Shown here one piece after another: positions 52,439-55,054 of a DNA stretch of 55,054 bases (position 1 is the stretch's first letter; each line of letters starts with the position of its first letter). This DNA comes from Betaproteobacteria bacterium. GTDB lineage: Bacteria > Pseudomonadota > Gammaproteobacteria > Burkholderiales > CAIKXV01. The notes beneath the pieces are model-generated. The model did not search any database. It saw only the letters and a list, made by a program, of their open reading frames with translations, and was not told the DNA's origin. The stretch is from positions 1 through 55,054 of the forward strand of contig CANHBC010000003.1 in the NCBI GenBank assembly GCA_947458835.1, in the 5' to 3' direction. Made by a program: the position numbers and the translations under genes.

Positions 52439-52454
52439 TAGTCCGAACGGACTA
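52439..52454 (+). promoter_or_regulatory. TAGTCC-N4-GGACTA operator
   Basis: TAGTCCGAACGGACTA, ~108 nt upstream of the second VPLPA-CTERM gene. Confidence 0.7.
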
Positions 52455-52561
52455 TGCCAGGCAATCGTTTGCTATTGAACCACTTGATGGGAACGATTAG
52501 CCTGAATTTACGAAGGACTGCGTCTTCTCTTTTCCATCTGAAAACTCTAGAAGGAGCTGGC

Positions 52562-53296
52562 ATGAAGAACTTCATGGGTCTTTCGCTGTTGGGAATCGGC
52601 CTCGGCGCTTCCGTGGCCGTTTCGGCCGCAACGATCGTGCCCGGAAGCGCGAACCCGAACCTTGCTGGACGAGCGGGCGGCTATACCTGCTGCTCGGGTG
52701 ACAGCGTACCGGGCCAGGCCGCCGTGCTGGTCAACGGGTTGTCTTTCGTCAGCGGGGACCGCCTGGCTTTCTCCGTGACCGGCTCCAGCTCGGTCGGCCC
52801 TGGCACCTCGACCGGCCTGAACCCGGGCGCGCCGGATGGCAGCGCTCCATTCTCGATGACCAACTACGGGGATGGGATCTCCGCCGCGCTGTCGGTCAGG
52901 GTTGACGCGTTGATGGGCGTCTTCCTCGGCGCAACCAGCCCGACCGGGGGCGTCACCCCGGCTCAGCTCGATTTCTCAACCGGGCTGGGGCTCGCTTTCA
53001 CCACGCTCAGCCCGCTGGTCGGACAGATGTTCTTCATCGGCGATGGACGCACCACACTCAACCTGGGTCCGAGCGCGGGTACAGAGCAGGCCTTTGTTGT
53101 TCCTGTCGGCGCAACGCGTCTTTTCCTGGGCTCCAGCGACGGCTTCGGCTGGTTCAATAACTCAGGAGACTTTACGGTGGACGCGAGAATTCTCGACGTC
53201 GGACCGACGGTCGTTCCGCTGCCCGCAGCCGCATGGCTTCTTCTCGGCGGTCTCGGCGTACTGGGCGGTGTCACGCGCCGTCGGGCATCGGCCTGA
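52562..53296 (+). CDS. VPLPA-CTERM exosortase-target protein
   Basis: AAGGAG RBS, signal peptide, C-terminal VVPLPAAAWLLLGGLGVLGGVTRRR. Confidence 0.9.
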   Translation: MKNFMGLSLLGIGLGASVAVSAATIVPGSANPNLAGRAGGYTCCSGDSVPGQAAVLVNGLSFVSGDRLAFSVTGSSSVGPGTSTGLNPGAPDGSAPFSMTNYGDGISAALSVRVDALMGVFLGATSPTGGVTPAQLDFSTGLGLAFTTLSPLVGQMFFIGDGRTTLNLGPSAGTEQAFVVPVGATRLFLGSSDGFGWFNNSGDFTVDARILDVGPTVVPLPAAAWLLLGGLGVLGGVTRRRASA

Positions 53297-53344
53297 TCGC
53301 AGCGTTGCGCCAGAACCGGACTGCAACTTGCGGCCCGGCGCCCG

Positions 53345-54239
53345 GGTAATCCCCCCGTTTTTCTTAGCCGTCAGAAGTAGCCCTGCGCGGCCATGGCCAG
53401 CCGCTGTTTCGGGGTGATGCAGCCCAAGACCATGTTCGGGCGTTCGTGATTGCAGGATCACATCCATCGCGTGGCGAAGCCCTGGACTTCATCGAGATCG
53501 TCGAACGGATACTGGGCCAGCCACTCGTAGCGTACGGTCCGGTTGAATCTCTCGACGTACGCGTTCCGCGGCGGCTTCCCAGGCGGGATGTATTCGATCT
53601 GGATCGAGCGCTTTGTGTCCCAAGCCTGTAGCGCTCCGCTGATGGATAGATGCGGTAGACCCGCTTGTGATTCCATCCGCAGCCTTTCACGTTTCGCAGG
53701 TACAGGAAGCTCAGGCCGAATCCCCAGTTGCGATTGTTCTCTGTGAGGCGGGCCAGCCAGTCGGCGATCTGGGCGTGATCCGCTTGCAGCTTGGGCTGGT
53801 AGCGATAGCAACTCTCACTGATCCGGAACGCCGCGCAGGCCAGCGTGATCGGTATCCCCTTCTCGGCGACCGCTCGAGCGGCCGTCTCACGTCGCTGAGA
53901 GGGCCTCGCCACTTTTTTGCGATGGCGCCTCCGCGACGACCTCCGCCTTGAGCTTCTCGTCCAGGTACCTCTTCTTCAGGCGCCGGTTCTCGTCCTCCAG
54001 TTCCTTCATACGGACCATCATGGACACGTCCATGCCGCCGAACTTCGCGCGCCACTTGTAGAACGTTGCGGTGCTCACGCCCGTCTCCCGGCAGAGCGCT
54101 GGAACCGCCTCGCCGCCTTCGGCGCGTTTCAACACTGCGATGATCTGGCTGTCGGTGAACCTGGACTTCTTCATGCAGAACGTCCTCCGCAGCGAGGAAA
54201 TTCTGCCTCTGGGCCCTACGGTTTTGCGGGGGGATTACC
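53345..54239 (-). mobile_element. IS3-family (IS407-like) insertion sequence with internally deleted orfB
   Basis: Terminal IRs GGTAATCCCCCCG, CCCG 4-bp flanking duplication, orfA MKKSRFTDSQII, A6G slip site, orfB pieces WNHKRVYRIY and PGKP..NAYVERFNRT. Total length only 895 bp. Confidence 0.9.
53887..54174 (-). CDS. IS3 transposase OrfA
   Basis: LCRETGVSTATFYKWRAKFGGM...ELEDENRRLK. Confidence 0.85.
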   Translation of the reverse strand: MKKSRFTDSQIIAVLKRAEGGEAVPALCRETGVSTATFYKWRAKFGGMDVSMMVRMKELEDENRRLKKRYLDEKLKAEVVAEAPSQKSGEALSAT

Positions 54240-54273
54240 CCCGGTCTGGCCAATACGATCGGCATCCTTGAGC

Positions 54274-54300
54274 TCATGTTTTCGTTTGATGTGCCGATAA
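54274..54300 (+). promoter_or_regulatory. Sigma-28 (FliA)-type promoter
   Basis: TCATGTTT-N11-GCCGATAA upstream of a chemoreceptor gene. Confidence 0.7.
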
Positions 54301-54389
54301 GCGACCCTGGACACCTTTCTGCAACGTTGCGCCGCCCTCAGACCCTTTGCGTCGCAAAGTCAAACCTCCAAAACGCAAGGAGTTGCACG

Positions 54390-55054
54390 ATGTTCGACCA
54401 CTTACCACTGAAGACGCGGCTGACCCTCACTTTCGCGGCCATCCTCGCACTCACTAGCGCGTTGATCGGTGTCGCCTTGTTCAACAACGCAAAGCTGCGC
54501 GATACCGTGCACTGGAATACGCACACCTACAAGGTACTGGCGGAGTCCAACAACATGCTGCTGAGCATGGTCAACATCGAGACCGGCCTGCGCGGCTTCG
54601 TCGCAGGTTCGAACGAGAAGTTCCTCGAGCCCTTCAACGCTGGCCAGCTGGCGTTCAGGGCCGCCTTCAATGCGGCGAAATCGCTGACTTCGGACAACCC
54701 GTCACAGCAGGGTCGCCTGGAGAAGTTGATGGGCAACCACACGCAGTTCATGGCGGTCGGCGATGCCCTGGTCGCGATGCGACGCGATGCCACGGCTGGC
54801 AAGGTGTCGGTGGGTGACCTGCTGCGCGAGTTCGGCGCCGGTAAGGACAAGGCTGCGATGGACGCCTTCCGGGGCCAGGTCGCCGAGTTTGCGAAGGCCG
54901 AACAGGATCTGCTGGTCGCGCGTTCGGCGGCGCTCGAGTCGACGATGTCGATCACGACTTACACGCTCCTGCTCGGCGGGCTGGCTCTGTTCGCCATGGC
55001 GACCACGTTCGGCTTGGTATTGGCGCGAAGCATCTTCCGGCAACTGGGCGCCGA
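54390..55054 (+). CDS. CHASE3-domain methyl-accepting chemotaxis protein, partial
   Basis: Not in ORF track. MFDHLPLKTRL-TM-WNTHTYKVL...NIETGLRGF...FLEPF...GKDKAAMDAFR...TM-IFRQLGA. AAGGAG RBS. Confidence 0.85.
   Translation, partial: MFDHLPLKTRLTLTFAAILALTSALIGVALFNNAKLRDTVHWNTHTYKVLAESNNMLLSMVNIETGLRGFVAGSNEKFLEPFNAGQLAFRAAFNAAKSLTSDNPSQQGRLEKLMGNHTQFMAVGDALVAMRRDATAGKVSVGDLLREFGAGKDKAAMDAFRGQVAEFAKAEQDLLVARSAALESTMSITTYTLLLGGLALFAMATTFGLVLARSIFRQLGA

Overview
This is a GC-rich bacterial window, probably betaproteobacterial (inferred from nine Bug/TctC solute-binding genes, VPLPA-CTERM proteins and a FliA-type promoter). The left ~8.9 kb looks like an accessory conflict/stress locus. It carries an NrtR-like Nudix-wHTH regulator with two 19-bp operators, a ParB/Srx-like ORF, a MoxR AAA+ / unknown / HEXXH (DUF2201-like) operon, a divergent ApaH/PrpE-like phosphoesterase plus Mesh1/SpoT-like HD hydrolase, and a tandem-RHH / DUF4258-like / UDG-fold operon. 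At 16.6-20.2 kb a WYL regulator lies divergent from a vWA gene and a SprT-like protease, and both targets carry the same TGnCTCA-N5-TGAGnCA box at the same spacing from a -10-like hexamer. The rest is mostly transport and catabolism: a Liv ABC system, SDRs, a MetE-like protein, an AcnA with atypical active-site residues, a GHL6-like hydrolase, MmgE/PrpD, a BtuFCD-like system, PhoX and PhoD. Two VPLPA-CTERM genes share a TAGTCC-N4-GGACTA palindrome. Three toxin-antitoxin loci and an IS3 element have been eroded by internal deletions, and a CHASE3 chemoreceptor runs off the right edge. All family calls come from motif recognition by eye; no database search was run.
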